A DNA stretch of 64,000 bases, taken from assembly GCA_022565155.1 (NCBI GenBank), contig JADFKB010000004.1, positions 267-64,266 on the forward strand, written 5' to 3'. The notes under the pieces are model-generated. The model was not told the origin of the DNA. It was given only the letters and a program-made list of their open reading frames with translations, and made no database searches. Each line of letters starts with the position of its first letter. The first letter of the stretch is position 1. Shown here piece after piece: positions 19,764 to 31,678 of this stretch. Position numbers and translations under genes: made by a program. This stretch comes from Chloroflexota bacterium. Its GTDB lineage: Bacteria > Chloroflexota > Dehalococcoidia > DSTF01 > RBG-16-68-14.

Positions 19764-21368
19764 GTGATGGCTGACTGGCAGCTCAGCGGGCGCGCGGATC
19801 ACCTTCCAGTGGCGTTGTGGGAGCAGCTGGGGCGAACTGTCAGCGTCAGCCGGATCGGGGTGGGCGCCGCCTTCCTGACGGCGGCCGGGGCGATATTCTT
19901 CGTCCACCTGCCTGTCCTGAGCCACTACTTCTTCGGCGACGATTTCGTGCCGCTCGCGGACATCGCCTCGCGCAGCACGCCACGCTACATTGCTGATCTG
20001 TTCCTGCTGCGAGATGAGACGCCGAACTGGCGCTTCCTCACCGGGCTTTTCTACCTGGCCACCTACAAGACGTTCGGCTTGAACGCGTTTCCGTTCCTCC
20101 TTGCATCCGTCGTGGTGCATATCGGAACGGCCGGGCTGATATTCGCGCTGCTGCGTAAGATCATGAACGCCGTCTGGCCGGCGTTCATGGCGGCTCTGTT
20201 CTTCGGCCTCACTTCAGCCGCCGTCCCCACCGTCGGCCAGGTGACGGCCTTCAACAACGTGCTGGGCGGCTTCCTGCTCATGCTTTCGATAGCGCTGCTG
20301 TACGAAGGGCTCGATCGCGAGCGGCTCCGCTATTGGGGCGCCGCGTCTGTTGTCTCGTTCGCGGCGGCAATCGGCGCTAACGAATCGATCGCCGTGCTGG
20401 CGCCGGTTCCGGCCCTCATTGCGCTCTGGCACGTCGCGCAGAAGGATGACTGGTGGCGCGAACGCGCTACGCTGCGAACACTGGCGCTGGTCTCGGCGCC
20501 ATACGCCGTCATCGGCGGGGCGGCGCTGCTCGCCTTCGGCGTCTGCGGCTGCACGGCGGCGGGCGGCAGCAACTACGGCTTAGGTAGCCATATGATCGAC
20601 AATCTCTGGATCTATCTCGGCCGGCTCCTCTATCCCGTGGGGATGGAGCCGCTGGGGGAGCCGGGCCTTGCCCACCTGGTGGCCGGACTGGCGCTGGCGG
20701 GTGTTTCGGTCGCCGCGCTGGTGCGCGGCCCCGGCCTCGCCCGCTTTGCGGCGGCGTTTCTTCTGCTGGCGCTGCTGCCGTACCTGCCGCTGAAGCTCTG
20801 GTCCGCCCCGCGCTACGTCTACCTGGCGTCGATTCCGTTCTCGCTGCTGGCGGCAGTGGTCTTTTCAGAGGCGGCGAGATACGGCCGGCGGCTGACGCCA
20901 CTGATACCGGGGCTGCTGGCCCTCGTCGCTTTCGGCGTGCTAGGGCTGTACGGGTGGCAGACCTGGAACCAGAACCAGGTCATCGCGGGCGGGTCGGTAC
21001 GGTGGCAGACGATGGTAGCAGGGCTGCAGACTCGATATCCAGAGCTGCCAGAAGGCAGCATTGTCTACGTGCACGGCGGGCCGTTCACCGATTCACTCCT
21101 TCAATGCCGCGTGCTGCCCGCGTTGGGAGAGGTGCTGTGGGATGACGTACGGTTGTTCACATTCTATACGACGTATCTGGTCGGGCATCGCCTCCGGCCA
21201 GGATACGATGTCCACGTGGCTGAATACGCCGGAGGGCAGATCGTGCCGATTGAGATAGAGGAGGCGACGCCCGCTGAGATGAACGATAGGCGCGTCGTTC
21301 TGCTACCGCGCCTGACATCTGCGGTTATCGATGACGGATGCCTCTCCGGCGCAGGTACTGCCTCGTGA
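19764..21368 (+). CDS. polytopic membrane protein, putative GT-C family glycosyltransferase
   Basis: More than 10 predicted TM helices. First loop carries an acidic FFGDDF motif. Tandem with a PMT_2-like gene. Confidence 0.65.
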   Translation: MMADWQLSGRADHLPVALWEQLGRTVSVSRIGVGAAFLTAAGAIFFVHLPVLSHYFFGDDFVPLADIASRSTPRYIADLFLLRDETPNWRFLTGLFYLATYKTFGLNAFPFLLASVVVHIGTAGLIFALLRKIMNAVWPAFMAALFFGLTSAAVPTVGQVTAFNNVLGGFLLMLSIALLYEGLDRERLRYWGAASVVSFAAAIGANESIAVLAPVPALIALWHVAQKDDWWRERATLRTLALVSAPYAVIGGAALLAFGVCGCTAAGGSNYGLGSHMIDNLWIYLGRLLYPVGMEPLGEPGLAHLVAGLALAGVSVAALVRGPGLARFAAAFLLLALLPYLPLKLWSAPRYVYLASIPFSLLAAVVFSEAARYGRRLTPLIPGLLALVAFGVLGLYGWQTWNQNQVIAGGSVRWQTMVAGLQTRYPELPEGSIVYVHGGPFTDSLLQCRVLPALGEVLWDDVRLFTFYTTYLVGHRLRPGYDVHVAEYAGGQIVPIEIEEATPAEMNDRRVVLLPRLTSAVIDDGCLSGAGTAS

Positions 21369-23044
21369 GAGAGTGGTCACATCGGGTTGTAGTGTGGCGA
21401 CGGCAGATCGCAGGAGCATGGCAGGGCGCGGAGCTACGCTGGCTCGGCGCGATCCTGGCGCTGGCGGCCGCGCTGCGCATTGCCTGGGTGCTCTACGCCG
21501 CCCGCGAACCCCAAGGCCTGCACGATCCGATCTTCTACTACGGTTACGGCCAGGGAATCGCTAACGGCTTCGGCTACGCGCTGCCGGACGGCGCGACCGC
21601 TTACTATCCCATCGGCTATCCAGCGACGCTGGCCGCCGTCTACTACCTCGTCGGCCACACGCCGATTCCGGATAACCTGGTGTTGGCGACGGGCTTCTTC
21701 CAGGTGTTCCTTAGCGTCGCCACCGTCGCGCTCGTCTACTACGTCGGACGCCGCCTGTTCACGCCGGCAGTCGGGCTGGTGGCGGCGCTCTGGATGGCGC
21801 TGTTCCCGAACCTGATCTTCCATACCGCCGTCTACCTGACTGAGACGCTGTTCATCTTTCTGGTGCTGGCTGCGTTGGCCGTGCTCTTCTCGTTTCGCTG
21901 GCGAGAGGAGCGTCCCGGCTGGACGCGACTGCTCGTCTTCGGTCTGCTGCTGGGCTTCTCCGCGCTGGTACGGCCGATCTCGCTTTTGTTCTTGCCGCTG
22001 CTGCCTATCGCGTGGCTCATCGCCGGTTTCGGCTGGCAGCGAGCGCTGGGCTACTCCGGTGCCGTACTCGTGGTCACCGCTGCCGTGATCGCGCCCTGGA
22101 CGATTCGGAACGCCGTGCGGATGGATGCGTTCGTGATCATCTCGACGAATGTGGGTGACAACCTCTGCATGGGCCACCATGCGGGCGCGCCCGGCCACTT
22201 CACGCTGCCGGAACGATGCTTCGCCGAAGAGGAGTACGCCGGTCTCGACCGGCCGGCGTTCGAGGTGGCGCGGAACAATGACAACATTCGTAAGGCGATC
22301 CCGTTCGCGCTGAAGAACCCGCGCTTCGAGCTGAAGCTACTGTCGCGCAAGGCGTACCACCTCTGGCGTCACGACCACGATGGCTTATGGGCGGTGGAGT
22401 CGTATGGAGACGATCCGTTCATCGGTTCGGATCTTTCGCTCGTTATCTTGACGGACAACGTGCCGGACGATCAGTTCCTCTTAATTTTGCAGGGCGTAGA
22501 ACGTCTGACTGGCCTGAAAGCGGCTGAACTGGTGGATCAGGTCATCGAAGCTAGGGAAAACGGGGTAGAGCAACTGGTTGTGCTGGAGGACTTGGACGAA
22601 GAGACTGCGCGTCTGATTCGACAGAACCCGCTGTTTGGCGTCTGGGTGAGAGATAATTCCTCGCTTCGAGCGGCGCTGGAAGGGATTGCGGATGTCTTCT
22701 TCTTCGTGACGATCAGCCTGGGCGGGTTAGGGCTGGTAGGGTTCGTTCTGCCGTTGCGGCGGCCCCGCCGGATATTCTTCCTGTTAGCTCTGCTCGCGCT
22801 CGCCGGCATACCGCTGGTCTTCTTCGGGGACCCGCGCTTTCACGTGCCGGTGCTGCCGTTTCTCGCCGTCTCCGCCGCCTGGGCCGTCGTCGCGGCCGGC
22901 GACGTGGTGACCGGCGGCAGGCGGTCAGGATTCGTAGAAGTTGCGGACGCTGAACTTTCTCCGCCGGAGCAGGATGCTCTGGAGAATGCCCAGGCAGATG
23001 AAGAGGGTGATCAGGGAGCTGCCGCCCTGACTGACGAACGGTAG
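21365..23044 (+). CDS. GT-C glycosyltransferase, PMT_2/ArnT-like (family 39/83), with internal low-GC soluble insert
   Basis: DPIFYYGYG…YPIGYP… signature region and many TM helices. Start chosen at GTG overlapping the upstream stop (GTGA). C-terminal 40 codons overlap the rodA 3' end antisense. Confidence 0.7.
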   Translation: MREWSHRVVVWRRQIAGAWQGAELRWLGAILALAAALRIAWVLYAAREPQGLHDPIFYYGYGQGIANGFGYALPDGATAYYPIGYPATLAAVYYLVGHTPIPDNLVLATGFFQVFLSVATVALVYYVGRRLFTPAVGLVAALWMALFPNLIFHTAVYLTETLFIFLVLAALAVLFSFRWREERPGWTRLLVFGLLLGFSALVRPISLLFLPLLPIAWLIAGFGWQRALGYSGAVLVVTAAVIAPWTIRNAVRMDAFVIISTNVGDNLCMGHHAGAPGHFTLPERCFAEEEYAGLDRPAFEVARNNDNIRKAIPFALKNPRFELKLLSRKAYHLWRHDHDGLWAVESYGDDPFIGSDLSLVILTDNVPDDQFLLILQGVERLTGLKAAELVDQVIEARENGVEQLVVLEDLDEETARLIRQNPLFGVWVRDNSSLRAALEGIADVFFFVTISLGGLGLVGFVLPLRRPRRIFFLLALLALAGIPLVFFGDPRFHVPVLPFLAVSAAWAVVAAGDVVTGGRRSGFVEVADAELSPPEQDALENAQADEEGDQGAAALTDER

Positions 23045-24064
23045 GGGAATGCCCGTTACCGGCATCAGTCCGATGTTTACCCCAATGTTGATGAACGTCT
23101 GGAGCAGGATGAAGATCACGATGCCGGTCGCCAGCAGCCGGCCGAAGAGATCGCCGGAGAGCTCGGCGACGCGCAGGCCGCGCCAGAGCAGGATGATGAA
23201 GAGCGCGAAGAGCACCAACGCGCCGATGAAGCCCAGCTCCTCGCCGAGGACGCTGAAGACGTAGTCCGTCGTCTCCGTGCGCAGGTAGTCGAGCTGGGTC
23301 TGGCCGCCCTCGGTCAGACCCTTGCCGAAGATGCCGCCCGAGCCGATCCCGATCTCCGCCTGCAACGACTGGAAGCCCGCGCCGAGCGGGTCGCTCCCAG
23401 GGTCGAGCCAGAGGGAGATGCGATCGCGCTGGTAGTCGCTCACCAACCCGATGAGGGCAAACGGCACCGATACGAGCACCACGCCGCCCAGCGTCAGCAC
23501 GTGCCGCCACTTCGCGCCGGCTGAGAGCACCATCCCCAGCCAGATAGCGGCGAAGATCACCGCGGAGCCCAGGTCCGGCTCCGCGAACACCAGCGCCGCA
23601 GGTAGTGCAGCCATCGCCAGCGAGGTGAGGAACACCCGCAAGGTGCGAACGGACTCCTGGTTGTCCGAGAGGTACTTCGCCAGAGCGATGATCGCGACCA
23701 GCTTGGCGATCTCCGAAGGCTGCACCGGCGTGCCGCCGATCTCGATCCAGCGCCGCGAGCCGTATGTCGCCTCTCCCGCGATGACGACGAAGGCCAGCAC
23801 GGCGATGCTGGCGATGTAGAGGCCGGCGCTGAGCGTCCCCAGCAGCCGGTAGTCGCTGCGGGCGATCGCTAGCGCGAGGATCAGCCCGGCGACGGCGAAG
23901 GCGGCCTGGCGCGTCACCGGATGTGAGAGGTCGCCCACGGCCGGCGAGCCGAACTGGTTAAGGCTGGCGCTGTAGATCAGCAGCGCCCCCAGGCCGACAA
24001 GGGCGAGCGCCGCCAGCATCAGGAGCGGATCGAAGTCCCGCAGGCGTACCGTGCGGACGTTCAT
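22925..24064 (-). CDS. rodA: rod-shape determining protein RodA (FtsW/RodA/SpoVE family)
   Basis: SEDS family sequence. Last gene of the mreBCD-mrdA-rodA cluster. Confidence 0.9.
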   Translation of the reverse strand: MNVRTVRLRDFDPLLMLAALALVGLGALLIYSASLNQFGSPAVGDLSHPVTRQAAFAVAGLILALAIARSDYRLLGTLSAGLYIASIAVLAFVVIAGEATYGSRRWIEIGGTPVQPSEIAKLVAIIALAKYLSDNQESVRTLRVFLTSLAMAALPAALVFAEPDLGSAVIFAAIWLGMVLSAGAKWRHVLTLGGVVLVSVPFALIGLVSDYQRDRISLWLDPGSDPLGAGFQSLQAEIGIGSGGIFGKGLTEGGQTQLDYLRTETTDYVFSVLGEELGFIGALVLFALFIILLWRGLRVAELSGDLFGRLLATGIVIFILLQTFINIGVNIGLMPVTGIPLPFVSQGGSSLITLFICLGILQSILLRRRKFSVRNFYES

Positions 24065-25989
24065 CGCTGCGCCGCCCGCTCGACGATGCGCTGGCGGTCG
24101 AAGTAGTAGTCGAAGATCTGCTTCGCCACCGGGCCCGCGTGCGTCCCGCCGATGCCCTGTTCGAGGAAGACGACGACGGCGATCTCCGGCTCTTCGTAGG
24201 GGGCGTAGGCGGTGTACCAGGCGTGACTGTTCGGGTAGGTGCCGTCCGCGATCGGCTGGCCGAACTCTGCCGTGCCGGTCTTACCGGCGATAGTGACGAA
24301 GCTGCTGGCGCCCGTTCTCGCCGGGCCGTAATCCGCGGCCTGGCGCAGCGCCTCCCGCATGATCGAGAGGTTGTGGCTGGAGATGGGCAGCTCGTTGGCC
24401 ACCTCGCGGTTGATGCGTTGCAGCACCTGGCCTTCCTCGTTGACGATCTCTTCGACGATGTGCGGCACCAGCACGTCGCCGCCGTTGGCGATGGTGGCGA
24501 TCACGCGGAGGAGCTGGAGCGGCGTGACGGTGAGGAAGCCCTGGCCGATGCCGAAGTTGTAGGTGTCTCCCAGCGTCCAGACGGCATCCTCGCCGAAGGT
24601 CTCCTGCTTCCACGCCTCATCCGGCACCAGGCCGGCCGCCTCGCCCGGCAGGTCGATGCCGGTCGTCGCGCCGAAGCCGTACTCGCGGGCGTAGGCCGCC
24701 AGCCGATCGACGCCTAGGCCGCGGAACAGCTCTTTGCCGCCCTGGTAGTAGCCGCCGGACAGGTAGTAGTAGTAGACGTCCGAAGACATGGCCAGGCCGC
24801 GGTAGAAGTCCATGATCCCGTGCGCTGCCCAGTCACGCATAATCCAGGTCCGGTTCGGGTTGTACTCGTCCTCGACTGTAATCAAGCCGCGGCTGGTGAT
24901 CAGCGTGCCGGGCGAGGCGACTCCCTCCTGTAACGCCGCGGAGCCGGTCACCTGCTTGAACGTGCTGCCCGGCGGGTACACCTGCGCGATGGCGCTGTTG
25001 ACCATCGGCTTCGCCGGATTGTCGAAGAGGGACGGCAGCGCATCCTGGTCGACGGGATCGGTCAGAATGTTGTTGTCGTACGAGGGCAGCGACACCATCG
25101 AGAGGATGCCGCCGGTGTTGACGTCCATCACGATCGCTGCGGCGTTGAGGGAATCGCCCATGGCTCCGATCAGGAACTGCTCCACCTTGCGCTGCAGGTC
25201 GAGGTCGAGCGAGAGCCGGAGGCTCGCCGCCGGGCGCGGCAGGCGGGTAGCGATGGTGTTGATCTCCTCGCCGGCGGCGTCGATCTCGACCTGGCGGTAG
25301 CCAGGCGAGCCACGCAGCACCGCCTCGTAGATCAGCTCCACGCCCGCCTTGCCGAGCCGGTCGTTGAGCTGGTAGCCGTCGGCCTGCAGGCTGGCATACT
25401 CCTCCGTGTCGATGCGGCCGACGTAGCCGAGCAGGTGGGCGAGCAGCCCGGCCTCGGGGTAGGAGCGGAACGATTCGACGAGCACCTGCGCGCCCGGCAG
25501 GCCCGGCTGGCGCTCGCGCAGCAGGAAGGCCGTCTGCTCATCGATGTCCAGCTTAACGATGACAGGGGTGAACGGGTCGGCGCTCTCTTGCGCCTCGGCG
25601 ATTGTGAGGGCGATCTCCAGCGGCGGCTTGCCGGTGATCTCCGCGAGGCCGGCGACTACGGTGAGAAACTGCTCCGCTGGCACGTCCGCCGGCACCACGG
25701 CGGCGGAGAAGATCGGCAGGTTCTCGACGAGCAGCTCTCCGTAGCGGTCGTAGATCAGGCCGCGCGCCGGCAGAACGGGGATCGTTCGCAGCCGGTTCGA
25801 CTCCGCGCGCGCGTCGTAGTCGGCGTGGTCGACGATCTGCATCCGCGCGAGTTGGAGGACGAGGACGGCGAAGAGCCCGACGATGAGAAGCTTGAGCAGG
25901 AGAAATCGGCGTTGCGCGACCTCACGCGGACGCGGTTCACGCACGCGAGAGCGCCAGCGGCGGCGGTTAGTAGGCGGAAGCAACTGCAT
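24061..25989 (-). CDS. mrdA: penicillin-binding protein 2 (elongasome transpeptidase)
   Basis: N-terminal TM anchor, PBP dimerisation and transpeptidase domains (STFK-like, SxN, KTG). ATGA overlap with rodA. Confidence 0.9.
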   Translation of the reverse strand: MQLLPPTNRRRWRSRVREPRPREVAQRRFLLLKLLIVGLFAVLVLQLARMQIVDHADYDARAESNRLRTIPVLPARGLIYDRYGELLVENLPIFSAAVVPADVPAEQFLTVVAGLAEITGKPPLEIALTIAEAQESADPFTPVIVKLDIDEQTAFLLRERQPGLPGAQVLVESFRSYPEAGLLAHLLGYVGRIDTEEYASLQADGYQLNDRLGKAGVELIYEAVLRGSPGYRQVEIDAAGEEINTIATRLPRPAASLRLSLDLDLQRKVEQFLIGAMGDSLNAAAIVMDVNTGGILSMVSLPSYDNNILTDPVDQDALPSLFDNPAKPMVNSAIAQVYPPGSTFKQVTGSAALQEGVASPGTLITSRGLITVEDEYNPNRTWIMRDWAAHGIMDFYRGLAMSSDVYYYYLSGGYYQGGKELFRGLGVDRLAAYAREYGFGATTGIDLPGEAAGLVPDEAWKQETFGEDAVWTLGDTYNFGIGQGFLTVTPLQLLRVIATIANGGDVLVPHIVEEIVNEEGQVLQRINREVANELPISSHNLSIMREALRQAADYGPARTGASSFVTIAGKTGTAEFGQPIADGTYPNSHAWYTAYAPYEEPEIAVVVFLEQGIGGTHAGPVAKQIFDYYFDRQRIVERAAQR

Positions 25990-26028
25990 GTCCCTATGCC
26001 TGGTGAGACGCGTCCGTGCGGCGCTGCG

Positions 26029-26526
26029 CTAGAAGGCCCGGCGTGGCCGAAGATCCATGCTGGCGAGCCTGATCAGCCCGTACACCGGCAGTAGTAGTAG
26101 TGCGTTTGCGATTGCAGCCGGCACCAGGACATCCAGCGCGCTGGCGAGCCAGTCGGGATGCTCGCCCGTCACGACCAAGGTTACCATGATGACGGTCTCA
26201 TAGACCAGCGTCGCCAGCACGGTCAGTATAACGGCGGGCAGCAGGTCGGACTCCACCAGGCGCAGCTCCCGCACGTTGGTCATCAGCGTCATCGGCGCCA
26301 GCGCCAGCATGGCCAGGCCCAGCGGCTGGCTGTCCAGCAGCCCCTGCGCAAAGCCGGCGATGGGGATCAGCACCAACGCTTCGCGTCTGCCTCTCGTCGC
26401 CATCCAGGCGACCAACAGGACGATGATCAGGTTCGGCTGGACGCCGAAGATGGAGAAGGCGGGCATGATCGACAGCTGCGCGACGACGGCGATGAGGATG
26501 GCGAGCAGTCCGATGGCGTAGCTCAC
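26029..26526 (-). CDS. mreD: rod shape-determining protein MreD
   Basis: Small multi-TM protein between mreC and mrdA. Confidence 0.8.
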   Translation of the reverse strand: MSYAIGLLAILIAVVAQLSIMPAFSIFGVQPNLIIVLLVAWMATRGRREALVLIPIAGFAQGLLDSQPLGLAMLALAPMTLMTNVRELRLVESDLLPAVILTVLATLVYETVIMVTLVVTGEHPDWLASALDVLVPAAIANALLLLPVYGLIRLASMDLRPRRAF

Positions 26527-27347
26527 GGCGCGCCCGCCTCCAGAGGCAGGAAGCTGGTCAGCACCAGCACCGACTCCAGTCTCGAGAGGTCGGCCAGCGG
26601 CTGCACCCGTACTTGCTGGAAGAGCTGCTGCGCTGCCCGCTCCGCCTCCACCACCTGCCCGATCAGTTCGCCGGGCGGGTGGCGGCCGCCGACACCGGAG
26701 GTAGTCACCAAGTCGCCCTCCTTGACGTCCGCCGTCTCCTCAACGAACTCCATCGTCAGCGTGCCATCCGCAGCGCCAACGACGACGCCTTGCACGCGCG
26801 ATTCCTGGATCAGCGCGCCGACTGCGCTCGTCTGGTCGGTGATCAGCGTGACCCAGGCCGTGTGCTCCAACACGCGGGAGATGGAGCCGACCAGGCTGCC
26901 CTGGCGCGTGAGCACCATCATCTTCTCCTGCAGGCCGTCCGCGCTGCCGCGGTCGATCGCGACGAGATCCTGCTGGTTGCTCGGCTCGCGCGCGAAGACG
27001 TTCGCGGCGAGGAATCGCTCGCCGGGCCGGTTTCCGCGCACGTTCACCAGCTCCTGCAACTGCTGCAACTCTTTGTCCACGTCGCGTAAGCGGCTGATCT
27101 CCGCAACGAGCGATTCGTTCTCCTCCTGGAGCGCGCGGTTCTCGTCCGAGAGGCGGTTGATGTCCGTCAGGTTGTTGACGAAATCGGCGACGGGCCGCGT
27201 CGCTGCGCCCAGGGCCGATTCGACCGGCGCGGCGATGGCGTTGACGGCGCTCTCGAGCGGCTCGAAGACCGCGAAGCGGCTCCCCACGAGGAAGAGTACG
27301 CTGGCGGCGACGACGAAGCCGAACCAGGTACGGGTGCGGACGTGCAT
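26523..27347 (-). CDS. mreC: rod shape-determining protein MreC
   Basis: N-terminal TM helix, coiled-coil and MreC beta domain. ATGA overlap with mreD. Confidence 0.85.
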   Translation of the reverse strand: MHVRTRTWFGFVVAASVLFLVGSRFAVFEPLESAVNAIAAPVESALGAATRPVADFVNNLTDINRLSDENRALQEENESLVAEISRLRDVDKELQQLQELVNVRGNRPGERFLAANVFAREPSNQQDLVAIDRGSADGLQEKMMVLTRQGSLVGSISRVLEHTAWVTLITDQTSAVGALIQESRVQGVVVGAADGTLTMEFVEETADVKEGDLVTTSGVGGRHPPGELIGQVVEAERAAQQLFQQVRVQPLADLSRLESVLVLTSFLPLEAGAP

Positions 27348-27431
27348 CTTATCTTGCTGGGCCTCTCCCAGGACGTTAGGCAGCTAGCGCGCCGCCGGAG
27401 ACGCGGCGCGGCGGCGATGTCTTCGATTCGG

Positions 27432-28493
27432 TTAGCGAGGCGGCTTGCGGCTGGCCAGGCTGGCCTGCACCTTCTCTAGTATTGCGGTCTCTTCCAGCAT
27501 CTCACCGGTGCCCTGCACCACGCTGAAGAGCGGCTCCTCCGCCACGTAGACCGGGAACTTAGTCTCCTGTGCCAGCCGCCTGTCCAGACCGCGCAGCAGG
27601 GCGCCACCGCCGGCGAGCGCGATCCCTCGATACATCAGGTCCGCCACCAGCTCCGGCGGCGTGATCTCGATCGTTGACCGCACGGCCTCGACGATCGCGC
27701 CGATCGAGCCGGAGAGCGCGTCGCGCAGCTCGACGGTGCTGACGTCGACCGACTTCGGTAAGCCGGTAGCGAGATCGCGGCCGCGAAGCTCGATCGATTC
27801 CTCTTCCTCCAGCGGGAACGCGGAGCCCGCCTGGATCTTGACCTCCTCGGCCATCCGTTCGCCGATCAGCATGTTGTGCACCTGGCGGGCGTAGGCGATG
27901 ATCTCCTGGTCCATCTCGTCCCCGGCCGTGCGGATCGAGGTGCTGACGACGATGCCGCCCAGCGCGATCACCGCCACCTCCGTTGTGCCGCCGCCGATAT
28001 CGACGATCATGCAGCCGTGCGGCTCCATCACCGGCAGCCCGGCGCCAATAGCGGCGGCCATCGGCTCTTCTACCAGAAAGACAGCGCGGGCGCCGGCGTT
28101 CAGCGCGGCATCGTGGACAGCGCGCTTCTCCACCTCTGTCACGCCGCTGGGGATGCCCAGCACCACACGCGGCCGCGGGATGCCCATGCCGAATCGATCG
28201 TGCACGGAGCGGATGAAGTAGTGGAGCATCCGCTCGGTCACCTCGAAGTCGGAGATGACGCCGTCCTTCAGCGGCCGGACGGCGATGATGTTCGCTGGCG
28301 TGCGGCCGACCATGCGCTTCGCCTCCGAGCCGATCGCCAGGATCTTCTTCGAGAGCTTATCGATGGCGACGACGGACGGCTCGTCGATGACGATGCCGCG
28401 GCCGCGCACCATGACGAGGGTGTTCGCCGTACCGAGATCGATACCGATGTCGTGCGAGAAGAGGCCGAGCAGAGCGTTCAGCGGGTTGTACAA
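27432..28493 (-). CDS. mreB: rod shape-determining protein MreB (actin homologue)
   Basis: DIGIDLGTANTLV phosphate-1 motif and full actin-fold similarity. Confidence 0.95.
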   Translation of the reverse strand: MYNPLNALLGLFSHDIGIDLGTANTLVMVRGRGIVIDEPSVVAIDKLSKKILAIGSEAKRMVGRTPANIIAVRPLKDGVISDFEVTERMLHYFIRSVHDRFGMGIPRPRVVLGIPSGVTEVEKRAVHDAALNAGARAVFLVEEPMAAAIGAGLPVMEPHGCMIVDIGGGTTEVAVIALGGIVVSTSIRTAGDEMDQEIIAYARQVHNMLIGERMAEEVKIQAGSAFPLEEEESIELRGRDLATGLPKSVDVSTVELRDALSGSIGAIVEAVRSTIEITPPELVADLMYRGIALAGGGALLRGLDRRLAQETKFPVYVAEEPLFSVVQGTGEMLEETAILEKVQASLASRKPPR

Positions 28494-28648
28494 ATCGTGT
28501 CCCTACGATGTTGAGAAGTCCACCAGCGGATTTAGTGTGCGCTGCGATTATACCCCAGCGCGGCCACGCTGTGAAGGGAAGCGGAAAAATATGTAGCTTT
28601 GAGCTTAGGAAACGGCTCCAAGCCTTCCCGAAGCGGCGGGGTTTAGCT

Positions 28649-30712
<2,064 letters not shown>

Positions 30713-30755
30713 TTACGCGTTTCGGTAGGAGAGTATAGCAACCTGGGCTGTGGTG

Positions 30756-31223
30756 TTAGTCTTCCCGCCAGCTCCTACGCACGGGCCACGTGTCCGGCTG
30801 GCCGACGTTCTCCCAATACGTCGTCGTCGCCTGTTCGATGTCGTACTCGAAGACCAGCTCCTCCGGCTCGATGCGCAGCGTGCCATCGCCGAACCGCGTC
30901 GCCCCTTCGACGACCATCGCCCGCGTCTCAGCGTCCGTGACCTGCGATGCCCTGCCGCGCACGAGAAACTCCGCGTCGTTCTCGCCAGGGAGCATGTGGA
31001 GGACGTAGCGGCCGTCTCGCATCAGGTCGTTGCGCTTGGGCGATGTCGGGTTGGTGGCGACGAAGAGGCGGCCCTGGGCGATGAACGGGCAGACGGGATG
31101 GAGGCGCGGCGCGCCGTCCCTGCGCACGGTCCCGAGATAGGCGAGGCCGAACCGCTCCAGCAGCTTGAGGCCGACCTCTGCCATCTCCGGCGCGGACTTC
31201 GCGAACTCTGCCCATGTCGCCAT
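30756..31223 (-). CDS. pyridoxamine-5'-phosphate-oxidase-like FMN-binding protein (paralog 1)
   Basis: MATWAEFAK… N-terminus shared by three tandem paralogs; PPOX-like split-barrel pattern. Confidence 0.75.
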   Translation of the reverse strand: MATWAEFAKSAPEMAEVGLKLLERFGLAYLGTVRRDGAPRLHPVCPFIAQGRLFVATNPTSPKRNDLMRDGRYVLHMLPGENDAEFLVRGRASQVTDAETRAMVVEGATRFGDGTLRIEPEELVFEYDIEQATTTYWENVGQPDTWPVRRSWRED

Positions 31224-31224
31224 G

Positions 31225-31674
31225 CTACAGTTGGCTCCAGCGCCTGCGAATCGGCCGCGTGTCCGGCTGGCCGACGTTCTCCCAATACGTCGTCGCCGCC
31301 GTTTCGATGTCGTACTCGAAGACCCAGTCCTCCGGCCGGACGGTGTGTCCGGCGGCTTCCGCGACGGCTGCGCGGGTCGCGTCGTCCGTGACGCGGCGCG
31401 CCCGGCCGCGGATGAGGAACTCCTCCTCTTCTTTGCCCGGCAGCGCGTGGATCACGTAGCGGCCGTCGCGGATCTGATCGAGCCGCTTCGGCGACGTGGG
31501 CGCGGTGGCGACGAAGAGCCGGCCACCGGCGAAGATCGGGCTGACCGGGTGCACGCGGGGCGAGCCATCCTTCCGTACCGTGGCCAGGTAGGCGATGTGG
31601 AACTTCTCGAACTGCTTCAGCCCCAGCGCCGCCATCTCCGGCGCCGCTTTTGCGAACTCACTCCAGGTGGCCAC
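31225..31674 (-). CDS. pyridoxamine-5'-phosphate-oxidase-like FMN-binding protein (paralog 2)
   Basis: GTG start (MATWSEFAK…). Its stop is 1 nt before the paralog 1 start. Confidence 0.75.
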   Translation of the reverse strand: MATWSEFAKAAPEMAALGLKQFEKFHIAYLATVRKDGSPRVHPVSPIFAGGRLFVATAPTSPKRLDQIRDGRYVIHALPGKEEEEFLIRGRARRVTDDATRAAVAEAAGHTVRPEDWVFEYDIETAATTYWENVGQPDTRPIRRRWSQL

Positions 31675-31678
31675 GGCG

